From Eledone cirrhosa (taxonomy: Eukaryota): a DNA stretch of 64,000 nt. Numbering within the stretch: the stretch's first letter is position 1; every line of letters starts with the position of its first letter. The DNA is taken from positions 149,544,001 to 149,608,000 of the forward strand of contig OZ024743.1 of assembly GCA_964016885.1 (NCBI GenBank). Reading direction: 5' to 3'. This document shows, one piece after another, positions 42,068-56,423 of the stretch. The translations under genes were made by a program, and so were the position numbers. The notes under the pieces are model-generated. The model saw only the letters and a list, made by a program, of their open reading frames with translations. It ran no database searches and had not been told where the DNA came from.

Positions 42068-45000
42068 TACACTGCTTTTTTTCATGAATCAGTGATTGTT
42101 TTAAGTCATTGCTAAGGCATTATTGTAATTTTTCTGAAGTTCATATATCTATTATCTTTATTTTCAAGTTTAATCGATGACTGTTATTTTGTTTCAGTGA
42201 TTTTCATGCAGACACTCCTGATTGAGGGACCATATCTAGCTCGGAATCATGTTTAAAAAGCTTAAGCTATGAAACACTTAATTATTCTAACAATGACAAT
42301 CTAATTTTTTCTTTTTTTACCTGAGTCTTCTACTTGCTTTATCTATCCACATAAGGCTTGATATATAATTCGACTTTACCTAGGATTTTAACTATTAGAC
42401 CCTGAACATATTATAGGCTCTCTTACACATTGCCAATGGGACAACTCTTTCACATGAGTTATATTACTAACCTATTAGCTTCTTACAGACCACAAAATTT
42501 CTCTCATTAGTTATTTAATTTAGCTCATCCTGTTTGTTCTAAACAGTTATATCATGTTTATCTTGTTGTTCCTGACAGTTATGTTTTATAAAACATGTGA
42601 ATATACATTTTGTTATAATAGTATTACTAAGTTCAGATTTTTAGATAGACATTTAAAAGCAAAAATCAGTACCAGTGATATTCTTGTTGAATCAAAACCC
42701 CCACACTCACATATACCTACACTAATAAAATAACTTATATCTGAAATGAAATTCCCAAATCACTGTTCTGCTTATCATTTTATCAGAAACATAATAAAAT
42801 GAAAGACTTGTTAATCTTATGTTAAACCCATTAGGTTATGTTAACTTTAAAACGTTTGCACATTAGAGTTGATGTGAATAGATTATCAACCTTGGTACAG
42901 CACCGGTAAACTGTTCGCTTCTGTTAACACCAGACAAAATAGTGAACGGCCGACTAGATTTGCTCTTTCACCTTCTGTTATGCCATCGCCTTATCAGCTA
43001 AGCTTCGCTGAGTTTGGACAACATTCTTATTCATATTTTTCAATAAAACACAAAGACTAGACAGATGAAGAAATAGTCTTGCTTCCATTTTCTTTTTCCT
43101 TTTTGTCTTTTTCTTCCCTGTTTGATCTAATATTTTTTTCTGTTTGCTTCATTAGCGGATTAGAAAGGAATTTTTATATATAACTGTTTTACTGTTATTC
43201 ACAGTGGAGATAAATAACCATCTTCTATTTCTAAGCCACCATATCCATACATGACATACCTTTTTTGTATTTTTTTTTGCTTTTCTCCTTCTTTGCATCT
43301 TTAGTTTGCATATTTTTTATGTCCTATATTATATACAGATTATCAGAGTTCCACCCTGGCCTAAATAGAAGATAAAGAGTTGGCTTTTCTAAAGGTTTCT
43401 AAAGCTTATTTTTTGTTTATTTTTGACTTTGAAGTTGAGTTCTTCTGGTGTCTTCTTTTCAGCTTCAGAATCAAGCAGATATTAAACAGGAATGTGTCAA
43501 TACTTGCTGTTTTTATATGAAAGTAGTTTGATATAGTGTAGTAGAACCCTAAAGTTAAATATTGCCATCAATTGTGGAAATATGAACATGTCAAGTATGT
43601 TAAGTGGTTACAAGAAATCATTCAGGGGTGATTACATGAGACAAAGGTTGATGTTTGATGGAAGTTAATGCCAATGATGAAACTTTTTGGCATTTTAGTA
43701 TTTAAAAAGAAAGGTAAAAAAAGAGCATTTGGACAATCACATACCAACTTTGTTAGTAAATGGTGTGTCATAACAACTTGGTAGGAAGCTGGTAGTTTAG
43801 GGGTAACATATCTGTTTATTTGCTAGATAAATATTTGGAAGTATTCTTAAAACTTTGTTGTTATAAATGATCACATAAAAGCTTCTTTTTTTAAAAAATA
43901 ATTGCTCTTGAATTCTATAAAGACTGTTCCTTACAAATACCAGATAGTAAAATTATCATATAAAAAATTTGTGGTTTTCAGATGACAATATGAATCTTAA
44001 CATTTTATATAATTAGTTTAAAAGAAGAGTTTAAAAGAAGAAAAAAAAATGTTCCATTTTAAGTCTACAAAAATGTTCATATGTCACTAAGTTTTAAAAA
44101 CATGTTATAGAGATATCATTGTTTTATTGGTAACCATTTTCATCAAGTCAATATTACAAAAAATATTAGTTGCCATCATTTTCTTCTGTAAATATGAAGC
44201 TAGAATCTTTATACCTGTGTAATACTATTCAACTTTTTAATTCCATACAATTCTTCATAAGAACATTAACACTATCCAGTATCAACACCCTCTTAATTTT
44301 CTCAGAAATAGTAACTATAAACATAATTAATAGTTGGGCATCCACTAGCATTATGATCCATTTAGCTACCTTCACTGCCATTAATGACACTGCAAACCTT
44401 GCTACTATCACAAACTTAATGATCAACACTAGTTACTACTATACAAGTTATTAACTTTTGCACTCATTGTCAGCATATTAGCAATTTTTTAAATCAATTC
44501 GCCATTATGACCTCTACTCATAATTTCACCACCAACACCACCCCAAACCTTTGAATACTGACTAATCTTGGTATCATTCCATCATATCATTGTCATCATC
44601 ATCTTCGTCACATCACTAATAATATAATTAACACCACTACAACAATAAATATCACATCTATGTACACAACACACATGTCTATCAGACATAGAAGCCTAAA
44701 GGAAGATTATTTCAGTTGAACATCAACAAATAGCTGAGGCAAATCAATAATAATAGGTTTTTCTTTTTTTTCTCTTTTGGAAAAGTAACTTTTTATGTAA
44801 AGTGAGAGAGAAACTATAGTTGATCAACACAATCCCACTATAATGCTACAACTTGATTTATTGAATTATTAGGCATAAAAAGAGGTGGGTGAAAATAGAA
44901 GTCAGCCCATTACAGAATTCAGATTCAAATGTAAAAAAAAAAAATCAAAATAATGAAATGCAAGCTATCTTTTCTTCATGCTGACAATTGCAATTCTCAT

Positions 45001-45339
45001 AATTTATTTTTATTAGACAAATATAAGTTCATCTTTATATTTCACTTGAGTATCCTGAGGTAAATATGTAAAACATATTAGTCTGTCTTTTTTTACTATC
45101 TGCACTAAATAGAAAAAACAACTCTGTTTTTATGCTTGTAAGTACAAACAATTCTGTCAGTCTGTATTTTACAAAAAGATGTTGTTTATTGACAATTTAA
45201 GACCCTGCAAAAAATGAAAGTGAAAGTTAATCCCAATAAAATTTGAACTGGGGGTACCAAATTAGATATTGCAAAACATTCAATGACTTATCCAACAATC
45301 TACAGCCTATTTATGTGACTATATGACAAATGGTTGTTG

Positions 45340-45635
45340 TTGGACCCACTGTCAGTTCCAGTGGTCAATGTCCCCATTGTTCCAACAGCATGCAAGTAGT
45401 TAAGCATTCCACAGACATGTGTACCTTTAATGTAGTTCTTAGGGAGATTCAGCATGTCACGATGTGTGACAGGAGTGGCTCTTTGATTTACAGGTACTAT
45501 TCATTTTTTCCAGTTGAATAAATTGGAGCAATTTGAAATAAAGTGTGTAGCTCAAGGACCCAACATACCCCTGGGAATTAAACTAAAGGCTTTATGATTA
45601 TAAGCCAAGAACTCTAACCACTGAGCAATGTAGCC
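45340..45635 (-). mobile_element. Old CORE-type tRNA SINE
   Basis: TGAAATAAAGTGTGTAGCTCAAGGAC (CORE-like) and CTCTAACCACTGAGC (A box, reverse). Confidence 0.65.
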
Positions 45636-47844
45636 ATACATTTACATGCTGAACATAAATTTACTCATGATATCTTTGAAAACCATTTAATATGTCTTTA
45701 TTGAGAGACACATAGTTAAGGTAATTTTGTCATCTTTTGTTCAAGAAATATTTGTAGCCTTAAAACTGTATGAATTATACAGTGTACAGTCTTGGATTGC
45801 TACTACTAATCCAAATAGTCTTAAATTTCTGATTATTTCTGTGAATATTTTCTGAAATGTTATTTTGTACAACTGTTATGAGATAAGGGCAATTTAAATA
45901 AAGAGGAAGAAATAGAGAACTCTAGCATTAAAAAAACCCCCCAAAACTGCCAGACATTTCTTAGGGTCACTCTGCTACAAAACATTAAGTTACATATTTC
46001 CGTTGGTAACACAGAAGATCTCTCTGGGTGAAATGGCAAATTGTATGAAGCATGCTTCTTCTTCTGACTCTTCTATCATTTCTACAAACAGCTGTGGTTC
46101 TCTGAACTAGCTATCCACATTCTTTCTTCACTAGGTTCAATATTGCTGTGTTTTTCCAAATTTTTCTCTATTAAACTGCAACACTTTGGAATTTTCTTCC
46201 CATGTGTTTTCCTGAATACACCAACCCACAGATCTTAGAACTGAGTATTAACTACATCAATCTCACCAGTCTTTGAGGGGAGGGCCTGCAAAGGTCATGA
46301 ACACTATTCTTCTACTGACTAACTTAGAAAATATGCATGCAAAATCATATTCTAAACTTAGGCTTGTAAGCCATCAGTTTATTTGATTATTTTCAAAAAT
46401 CCATTTGTATAGGCTATACAAATGCATATTAACATATATCTAGAAGATATATATTGCTCTAGAAATGACAGTGCTGATAAGTAAGAAAAAAGTACCAAAA
46501 GTGGTAAAAAAGTGTGTTAGAAAAACTATATATAGTTCACTGGGGAAATATTTCTAAATAAGTTGTTTATTAATGTCAATATAACCAATCAATTGATGAT
46601 TAAGCAAGGATTGATGACATAATAGATTTGTATAGTTTAAGCTGGGTGTGGACATAGAAAAAACTGACATAGCAAGTAATCTTCAGTTCTTGATACTTTT
46701 TCACTTGTATTCTATCTACATCCACACAGTTAAAATTCTATAAATATAATGTAAATATATTTCTTATTAGTGATTGATGACATGTGATATAGGTTCAGTA
46801 AGATTCTAATGGTTTCATATAAGTGAGAATGTCATTTCTATCTGTGTATGTAATAATCAGAATGCCTTCTGTATTTTATGGCTTAATCAAGAGTTATAAT
46901 TTGTTAATAGTTTATCCATAACTTTGTTTATATTTGATGATGTTGTTACTTCTTGTATAAAAATCTAATCAATAGTAATAGATTTTGTTAAATTACAAAT
47001 TATTTTGGTTTTGATAAGGTTTAAATTAATGTATATATCATCATCACCACTTAATGTCAATTTTTCCATGCTAGCAACAACACACACAAACCTGTATATC
47101 TATTAACCTAAAATAATAATTTACTGACCAATTGGTAACTGAAGAAAAACAAATTACATCTCAGGTTTGGTTGGCCTTCTGTGGGGTTGTATTAAGGATA
47201 AAGGGTTTTAATGATAATAGCCCTAGCTCTATCACAAAAAGCAATGTAAAATGAAATATCTTGCTGAAGAACACAACACATTGCCTGGTCCAGGAATCAG
47301 ACCCTGATCTTATGATTTTGATTTCAACACCCTAACCAATAAGCTTCATGTAATTGAACAACAATAGTTTAGATCAACATTTTTCAACAATACACTTATT
47401 TTCTGTAATTTTCATTAAGGATATATATATATATTTAAAAGGTGACTGAATTTAATGCACTGGCATTCTCGACACACATATTCAACCCTTGGTACTTCAA
47501 TCTGTCTGCTTTAAGCCTAATAACTGATGCACATTACTAACTGATATTGGCCTCTGCCTGATTGGCTTTAATATTGTGAATATTTAGTGGTAGCAAAGGG
47601 GGTCCAGGTGTAAAAGAAAACAATTAACCCAATGTTATTTAAGGTAAGAAACCCTTATTAGACTTATAATATTATTATTCGTATTAGACTTATAATATTA
47701 TGGAAATGAGGGTCAAGGCCACCATAACAGAGTGGCACTGAAGTAGAGGTATGCCTTTCTTAAGAAAAGCCTTCAAGTTGGTCACATTAACCATCACCAG
47801 TGGTCTCATAAATCCTTTACATGATCTGGTAACACATTATTCAC

Positions 47845-48305
47845 TACGCGGAGTGGGGAGACCCAAGAAGACCTGGGATGAGGTGATAAAGGCCGACCTT
47901 ACCCAATTGGACCTCTCAAGAGCAATGACACATGACTGTGACCTCTAGTGTCACACCGTAATACAGAAGACCCGAACCCTCACAGGAACAAGCCGAAGCT
48001 GAAGCATATAGACAATTTGCCCCCACACCCTCCCACTGCAAATTGGTCGTGGAGGTGCCACAGCAAAAAAGCACCCAGCCCACACTGTAAAGTGGATGTG
48101 TAGGCGCCATGGAAAAAAGCACCCAGCACTCACTGTAAATGAGGTTAGTGTTAGGAAGGGCATCCAGCTGTAGAAATCAAGCCAGAATTAGTTCCTGTAT
48201 GAGCAAGACAAGGCAGCCGACTGGACACTGCCCACAACAGGACAACCCGTCTAACCCATGCTAGCATGGAAGAACAGACGTAAAACGATGATGATGATGA
48301 TGATG
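47845..48305 (+). mobile_element. RTE LINE 3' end, same subfamily as 36050-37222
   Basis: RGVGRPKKTWDEVIKADLT; 3' UTR nearly identical to 36910-37220; (GAT)n tail. Confidence 0.93.
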
Positions 48306-51300
48306 TAAGGCTGATCTCAAGGACAAAAGGAGTCTAAGGAATAACCATGACTCAACAAATCTAAACCCAGAACAAAATTTATTTTGAAGCTACTGCAGCC
48401 AGGTTTGCCTTGTCAGCTACCAGCAAGCCTGCAATAGACATGGGCAGTCTCATTTCAGAAATTTTTAATAGTGAGGTCAAGCCATGTTGATATATATATA
48501 TATATGTATATATCACAAAATATAGATTAAAATTAATTATTTCAATCGTATTATACCATAGACAGCTCCATGAGCATTAAGGGCTAAATTCAGATTTCCA
48601 GAGCTTCATTTACAAAAATATTATTTAGGTATAATAATATATATAGTATAGTAAAATAAAGCATAGTATGCAATGATACATTTAAAGACAACCACAATTC
48701 TACTTACATTATAATTGGTAAATTTAATTATAATTGCTTCGACCACGGTTTTGTATGACAAAGAAAAATACCAACTACCATAATTAAAATGGTTAATTAG
48801 TAAATTAAGACAAATCATCCTCTTCAGTAGGCTTGCCTTACAAAAATATATTTGCCTCTACAAGAGAATTCAAATAAATCAACTTTTGCAGGTAACGATG
48901 CCAGGAAGATGACTAATTTTACAGCTAAAAAATGCAGGTTAGGGTGCTAGATTAACTGACCATATGGTCAAGAGTTCAAACTATTTGTATTGTCCAACAG
49001 CTACATATATTATATTGTTTGGATGGATAACGAAAATCTTGGTTTGAGTTACCAGCCTCTTCAAGATTGAGACATTTTCACTGTGTCACTGTAGCAAACA
49101 ATTATTAAGATAAAGCCAATCCTATAATTCAGTATAATGATATGTCACATGTATTTGTAAATATATTTATTTTCTTAAATGTTTAATACAAAACCCTTTG
49201 ATGAAATGAAATTGATTTATTTACATTAAGATATATGATAGCTAGAGAGGGAAAAATGAAATAACTAAACATGCTGTGGCTTAAACTTGGATATGCACTC
49301 CTACTTCTTTATCCATCTCCTTCCATCTTTCTGAAGTGTATGTTAATAAATATTTTAAAACTATCATGAAACTATTCAACAGCCCTATAAAAAATATTAT
49401 AAGTAAAAAGAATGTTCTTTTTTGTAGTGCAAGTGGCAATGAGCTGATATCCTTTTGTAATACATCATTTTCAGCAGGTGGCATGCTTTATAACATTTAC
49501 AAATTATTGATAATATTCTAGTATTAAATACCTATTGCAAAGTCTTGAAGTAAGAAATTTATCATTGGTTTCATTTGTCATTTTGAATGGATACAGCACA
49601 TGTTATAATTAATAAAACTATTGTCATATGTTATGACAGGTACACTAGTTTATTGAAAGTGACAAATTGACTGAGGTGTTACAGAATTAGAGAGAATACT
49701 TTGCAATATTTGTCCCAGATCGTTGTGCTCTGAAAACAAATTCTGCTAAGGTGAAATTTACCTTTCATTGTTTTGGGGCTAATTAATAAGATACCAATCA
49801 AGTCTTGATACTTCTTTCTTCTCTCTCGGAAATGCCTGTAGCTTATATGATGTTTTTTTTTTTGTATTTTCTTTTGTAAAAGAAACCCAGAAGGAAATCA
49901 GCAGATACAGACATTTGATTTCTTAACACTAAGTTTTATAATAAAGAAGTCACCATGATGATGCAAGGAAGGACAGTTTAGTTTTTTTCGGCAAGAATGA
50001 TGGGTCTAGAGAAAAAGGAAAATAAATATATAAGTTTGACCCTTCACTACTTCCAGATGTTGGGAAGATGCACATTAGAATGTGAAATAAAAACTTGAAA
50101 CTTCGTAGATGGGGATTTTGTCATACAGTTGCTTTTCAAACACTTATTTATGTGTATGCGTTCATATGCATACACAAATATTTATATACTTGAACGTATA
50201 TGTTGTTAGGCACACACATATGCATTTGCAGAAATCTTTATGTGTATGAAGATATGTTCATATGTACAAACCAACTCAAACTGTCAAACAGACATACACA
50301 TGCAGTTAAAAATAATCAATTTTACATATGCATCCACATACACAATAAATGAATAGTACCATCGAAAAGAAATTTATATTTTATATTATTTTGACAGCAT
50401 TAATGGGAAAATTAATATTTACTTTATTTTTGTTAAAGCTAATCCCATATAACTGGAACTAATCTAGTTATTCCTATAACATAATTCTTATAATGAATGA
50501 TAATTACTTCACTCAGTCTATTATCTCTGATTGCTTCTTCATTATTATTAAGGTGATAGGGATGGCTGATACTTAGTTTGATGCCTTTTATTATCTTGTT
50601 TAATAAACATTTTACTTATTTAAATCTTATCAGGTTCAGTGAAACAAATACCAGTAATTGACTGAATTTGATAATCACTATTTTCTTCTTAGATAATTGC
50701 TTTTATCAAAAAATATTTCTTATCAAGATTATAGATTAGCAGAGGTGATGTACTTGATAGATGATTTTGTTTCATCACTTTATATTCGACATTTAAACCC
50801 TTAAATGAGTTGATATATTAAAGTCAATTCAATCAAATATTCATATTTATCTCTCTTTGTGGCCCTGTACAAAACTTTAAAATCATTTAAGAGCAAGAGT
50901 AAATAATTTTTGAAACCATGCCAGTATCTTTTGAAACCAATAAAATAAATACCAGTAATATACTAGTTATACATTCCTTTGTAATAGAAAAGGGGGTGTT
51001 GTGTCTATGAAAAAGAATTATTCATCTGCAAAGAAATTATGAAATTGCTTAAGTTTTTTTGCTATAAATCTTGAGAATGTCCAATTTTTACATTGTGTAT
51101 ATATGTCTGGGAAGAAATTAATGAACAATTCTTTCAATGAAATATTCAGTAGTTTTATATACAAGTTTCTCTGTACAATTTTAAATGAATACCAAGAATT
51201 TTATGTGAAGCTACGAGTATATAGTTTAGTATTCACATCATTAGGACTAAACTGAATTTAAAAAAAGAGGATTGAGTTACATGAAACTGATTGGCTATTG

Positions 51301-51577
51301 TGACTACACCAGTCTTCATATGTCACCTATCCTTATCCTCACATACACTACAACAGAAGATAGTTTGCCATTAATTAATACACTGATTCTTTTCTTTAGA
51401 CAAAGGGATTCTAACCTCGAAATATAAATGAAATATAAGGTAAAAGTTTAAAACCATTGTTTTTTTTACTTTACTCTGTTCACATTTGTGTCGATCGATT
51501 TTCTTCAAATCGAACCGAGGAAACAATGTTTCCGTTGGTCTTTCCAATTGCTAATACTATCTATCTGGCAACTCCAG

Positions 51578-51695
51578 GTAGAACATGAAATAAAGTGTCT
51601 TGCTCAAGGACATAATGCATCGCCCAGTACAGGAATCAAACTCACAACCTCACAATTGCGAATCCAATGCTCTAACCACTCAGCCACACGCCTTC
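51578..51695 (-). mobile_element. CORE-type tRNA SINE 5' fragment
   Basis: TGAAATAAAGTGTCTTGCTCAAGGAC...GGAATCAAACTC...CTCTAACCACTCAGCCAC. Confidence 0.75.
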
Positions 51696-51779
51696 ACTTA
51701 TATACACACAGACACACATACATACACTCACAAAAGGCAAACAGCGATAACAAAGCAAACGACACAGTACAATGAAAAA

Positions 51780-53565
51780 ATATATTATTAGTTTTGCGCT
51801 TGATATAGTGGGAAAAGAGTCAACGTTTCGGACGCTACTCCTTCATCAGTAAATGGAAAGATTGAGGAGACAGGCAGTGGCAAAAACGAAACAGGTCTAT
51901 TCAAGTCGCCATCTCTAGTAAAACTGTTGATGTTGACGTTTTGTGTAAAATAATCTTATTTAAAACGTTGTGACCGAGTGCGTCTGGCTGAAAGTGAAAA
52001 AGAAACAGTTTTGTATATAGAGTTGGACTCGTGTGTATCCGTGTGTTTGTTATTCGCCCGTACAAATCTAACAGGATAGGTATGTGTATATGTAAGTATA
52101 AGAGAGTGTGTCTTTGTAAGTACGAAGCTGTAAGCATATGCGTGTGTACATAAGGGTGTTTTGTTGGTCCGTACACATCTGTGAAGTTCAGTGTCGAGGT
52201 ATGTGTGTGTATTTTGTTGGTCTGTATAAGCTATAAGAGTGTGTTTCTGACCACAGCAGAGCCATAGGAACCTACGGCTGAATGTACGCGCGCGTGTAAC
52301 AGCAGACGAGGTAAGGATGAAAGAGGTTAGGTGTAAAGAAGTAAGCACGTGCGAACGTGTGCATGATTAAAGAAATAAGGGAGGTGAGTTGAGACAATTA
52401 AGGAAACTGGACCCAAGGCGGAAAATGAGACTCTGCTCAGTCCTGGTATGGACTGGCCTGTGATCCGTGATGCAAAAGCACACCAAGGACTGAGACATGT
52501 AGGGAAGAATGACGAGCGATGGGGGTATCCATGTCGAGGTGTAAATATCTCAAGTGTTCAGCGAAACGGTCCTCCAGACGGTCGCCTGTTTGTCCGATGT
52601 ATATGGACGCCGCACAAAGGGAAGATTGGAAGGCATAGACTACGCGGGTGGATGTGCAGGTAAAGGAATAGCGGTTACAGAATGAACCGTTTGTGCCTGT
52701 GAGAGTGGTGAGGTTAGAAATGAAGGGAAAGGTGTTACATCGGGGACGAGAATAGGGGCAGGAGTCAGGTGGAATTATAGGAGAGGAAGAGAAGGAACTA
52801 CATACCAGGAGGTTGCAGAGATTACGGGCACGCTTAAAGGCGGTAATGGTAAAGAATCAAGAAGTGGCGGGGTCAGAAGATAGGGTGCGGAAGCAAAAGA
52901 GGATATTTCGCCGCAGAGGTAGGGGGAAGGGGTGGTAGGTCAGGGGGGAAGGAAGACAGATGTTGGGAGGATATCGCAGGTGAGAGCAGCTTGGATCGAG
53001 TTGGGGGATATCTATGCTGGATGAAGCGTGAGATCATGTCTTGGCACTGCGTCTCGAAATCGAAGAGCCTACGAAGACGAAGGAATTGGGAGTAGGGTTT
53101 GGAGAGTTTGGTGTGGGTGGGATGAGAGGAGGTGAAGTCGAGGTAGGAGTGGGAATCAATGGGCTTATAGAAGTTGGGGGTAGAGAGTGTGTGGTCAATA
53201 GACAGACATGTCAATAAATTGGACAGAAGAGGTGGAGACGGAGGTGGTGAAAGTGAGGGCAGGACGAAAAAACTGGATAAAAGAAAGGAGTCGAGCTGTT
53301 CGCGGGAGAGAGAAGTGGTGTCGATACAATCGTCGTTGTAACGACCGTTTAGCTCAGGGGTCGGACCAATGTACTGGGGGAATATCAAGGCCTCAACGTG
53401 GCAACGAACAAGTTTGCCCATTCTTGAACCTATGGCTACTCCAGAGACCTGTTGCTAAAACTCTCAGGAAAAAAGAAAAACTATTGAGAGTGAGAGCGAG
53501 TTCAGCAAGGCAGAGTAGAGAAGAAGGGCTGGGTAGGGTGTACAGTGTAAGTCTAAAAAATGTCG
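51780..53565 (-). mobile_element. Penelope-like retroelement, 5'-truncated and decayed (RT C-half, GIY-YIG endonuclease, 3' region)
   Basis: LAELALTLNSFSF, RYNDDC, FYKPIDSHSYLDFTSSHPTHTKLSKPYSQFLRLRR, then FTCTSTRVVYAFQSSLCAASIYIGQTGDRLEDRFAEHL (GIY-YIG, ~52550-52665). Confidence 0.9.
51817..51852 (-). ncRNA. Minimal hammerhead ribozyme remnant in the Penelope 3' region
   Basis: CTGATGA-A-GGA-gtagcg-TCC-GAAACGTTGACT: intact core boxes and palindromic AACGTT, but stem I is not restored. Confidence 0.6.
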
Positions 53566-53689
53566 GATATATACATATATATATATATACACACACACAC
53601 ACACTGCAAAAGCTGTTGTGCATTCATAAGCAAAAAATATCACAATGGAGTAATCTCTTTGCGTGTTTTACATAAAGTTATCTAGAACT

Positions 53690-55400
53690 CATCAGGACTT
53701 GTTGCTGAATTTAGGCTCATTCTATTGGGCCGTCAAGTATGAAATTTGTAGGAAAAAGAAACAAATTTCTATAAATTTCATACTTGACGATCCAATATCT
53801 ATGGTTGATATTACATCTTTTCGCATATCGATGTAATCGATGTCTGCTGTTTCTCTATGTTAAGTTTTACTATTTTATACATATCCTCTCTTATTTATAT
53901 GCACGTATCCCATTGGAGAAGTGAAAGCCCTTTTGAATTGTTCATACTGTATTTCATTCACTCTTTTGGGGTATGAAGTCAATGACCTAATTCATTGGAA
54001 TAATTTATCTAATTCATTCTGCGCTGAAGCTGATTCTTTAGTGTATAACATGAGATTCGGCAACATTTGCACTAAATGGAATAACCATCTAGTCGATACC
54101 TTCAAGTTCAAATTGTCGTTAAATCGTTTCTCCATATCTAATATAAGTTGATTGAGGGGAATACAGATTGAGGGAAAATATTTCCTCTGGACATATATCA
54201 ACATCACTTGATGACAGTTCCACAAACTTATTAAATTCCCTCAGAATTATATGACGGAAAAGATCAAGCTTTCCGACGAATAATGAACCATTTTAGTAAG
54301 TTATAAATGTTATAATGGCTCTCTGTATGTGCAAATTAATTTAATCAAACTTTTTGAAAATGCGTACTAAATAAAATGCACCACGAATTATTGTTTTTAA
54401 TTGATGCCAGCGACTAATTTCGTTTTCATTATAAAAAAAATAATACTCTATGATGCTATTATATAATTCGGTAAAACTAGTCAAGCATGAATCTTTTGAG
54501 AACCAAGGAAATTCTATTATGTGTAGCCTATACTTTTCGGTTTTCAATATATTTTATATAGCCATAATTATTATACTTCATGATGAATGTAGGGTTGTAC
54601 TCAGTTGTTTTCCTACAAGATATTATCTATGTATAATACAATGAATGCACAAAACGTTTGGGATTTCCTTTAAATTTACAACATCATTAATGGCACTGCA
54701 TCTGTTATACATATAACAATATTGTTCAAGGGTATGTTATTTTTCGCATAGTAAAATTTTCTATCTGTGATAACATTTAAAGCATTTTGTTTTGCAATGT
54801 ACTGTTACCATCAAAGTTCTGTACATATATCTTTAACAGAGCATTATTTTCCGTAATGGTAGCTAGATCAAACTGCGTAGAAAATGGGTGAGTTTGGGAA
54901 ATTAGCAACAAATATATATTTTAAGGTTAACCATTTTGTTTGTCTATGCGTCGCCTTACTATGTTACCGCTATGTGGCACTATTTTTAGAACTTCAGACT
55001 GATCCGGAAGAATAATTTGATAAAATCTGTTTTTAAAGATCTCCGCTATCGTGGCTTTCACCACTTTTTGAAGGAATTGTGATGTGCGATAAACTGCAGT
55101 TAATTTATCTTTGTTCTTTGGATTTTGTTTCTTGAAAGACTTTAGTCATTGTAGAACGATGCTATAATATTTTATACAGTTCTTGACAATATTCAAAATA
55201 TTGGATGTTTTGTAACAAAATGTTCTTCCAACCGACTAGGTTTCATAGCTTCTTTAGAAAATGTATTGTGACACAGTAAACATTGGAAACTGTTTGTTCG
55301 TAATTGATTCCACGTAATTAACTAGCCACGAGCAGATTTCCTTTTTTTTGTTTTGTTGAGATATGGTTTTGATATTTGTTGGATAAATTATTCGAAAGTC
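53690..55400 (-). mobile_element. Decayed hAT transposase, Buster/ZBED5-SCAND3-like
   Basis: BED finger remnant LLCHNTFSKEAMKPSRLEEHFVTKHP (~55200-55285), CIHCIIHR (~54625-54650), PWFSKDSCLTSFTELYNSI, LNQLILDMEKRFND; many stops and frameshifts. Confidence 0.85.
53725..53795. mobile_element. 71-bp mariner-type MITE (MADE-like)
   Basis: ~28-bp TIRs TTGGGCCGTCAAGTATGAAATTTGTAGG / TCTATAAATTTCATACTTGACGATCCAA, flanked by TA on both sides. Confidence 0.7.
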
Positions 55401-55930
55401 ACAGCAGAAAAATTCAAAACAATCCGAAAGTTCACCAAAATAGTAGCACACATTAGCAATATGCAGTCAGGACTCAATACAAATTTAGATTTATATTCCA
55501 TGGTATTAAGAATCGTAACAGCCAATTAATATTAGAATTAGTCCTAAACAAATTCCAGACCTACTGTAACCATAATAAAACTTAACAGCTCTATGACAAA
55601 AATAGAAAATAGTTAGTTATAAATAGGTATATCTGTAGATGTAGATCTAAATCTGGGTTCCTGGGATCTAGATTTAGAAGTCTGTCTCCAGATTTACTAA
55701 ATTAAATGTAATCTCTAAAACGTAAACGTCAAACAGAAATTCTCATGATGACACTTCACCATCATGATACTAATTGTCCAAGCTCAATAAGATAAATAAT
55801 AATTTCAATGAAAACTATATCTAATAAAACTTAGATATGAGACCTAATGAAAATAAAATGTCAATTCAACAGAACCCAATGGGACACTTTCAAAACAGTG
55901 CGCTAATTACTCTGCACAAAGTTATCTCAC

Positions 55931-55991
55931 CTTCCATGAAAAATGTTGAGGCTTTGCTAGGATATGTCAAGACACACTCTTCATTATTTGA
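55931..55991 (-). CDS. Candidate exon 2 of an unknown minus-strand gene
   Basis: tag|TCA...GAA G|gtgaga; 61 nt reading SNNEECVLTYPSKASTFFME, in phase with 56190-56207; weak polypyrimidine tract. Confidence 0.3.
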
Positions 55992-56189
55992 CTATACTTG
56001 GTATTGTTATGCATTGAACATTTTTAGAAAACTAACAATTTCCGTCAGAGAGTAAGAGTTAAACACTAACGGAATGAGTACCCAGTACATGCAGAAGAGT
56101 AAATATTTATTTTTCGAAGAAAGCAAGTGGTAGTGATTTCTATGTTTTGGCTATAATTCAGAAGAAGCGAAGTTTTTGACTTCTTTTAC

Positions 56190-56207
56190 CTTCACTGAAT
56201 TCTCCAT
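56190..56207 (-). CDS. Candidate first coding exon (MENSVK) after a CpG-containing leader
   Basis: aaacATGG Kozak-like context, donor AAG|gtaaaa, CpG-retaining sequence at 56240-56362. Confidence 0.3.
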
Positions 56208-56359
56208 GTTTGTGCATTGAATTTGTGCCAATCTCCAACATTTGTCGTCGCTGTCACCAGCGAGGTGAACAAATCGGCACTCGGATTAACCAGCGAGACA
56301 GACAGATGAAAATGTGGATTCACACGATGAGGTCGGATGTTGAGTTTATATCTGGTGTT

Positions 56360-56423
<64 letters not shown>

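Noticed and set aside
42225-42260. CTGATTGAGGGAC hammerhead-like string
   Set aside because: No convincing stems or GAAA box.
53208-53675. 155-aa plus-strand ORF
   Set aside because: Antisense reading of the Penelope RT region.
55646-55678. 16-bp hairpin with G-U pairs
   Set aside because: Too short for a pre-miRNA and made of self-complementary TCTAGA/AGATCT-like low-complexity sequence.
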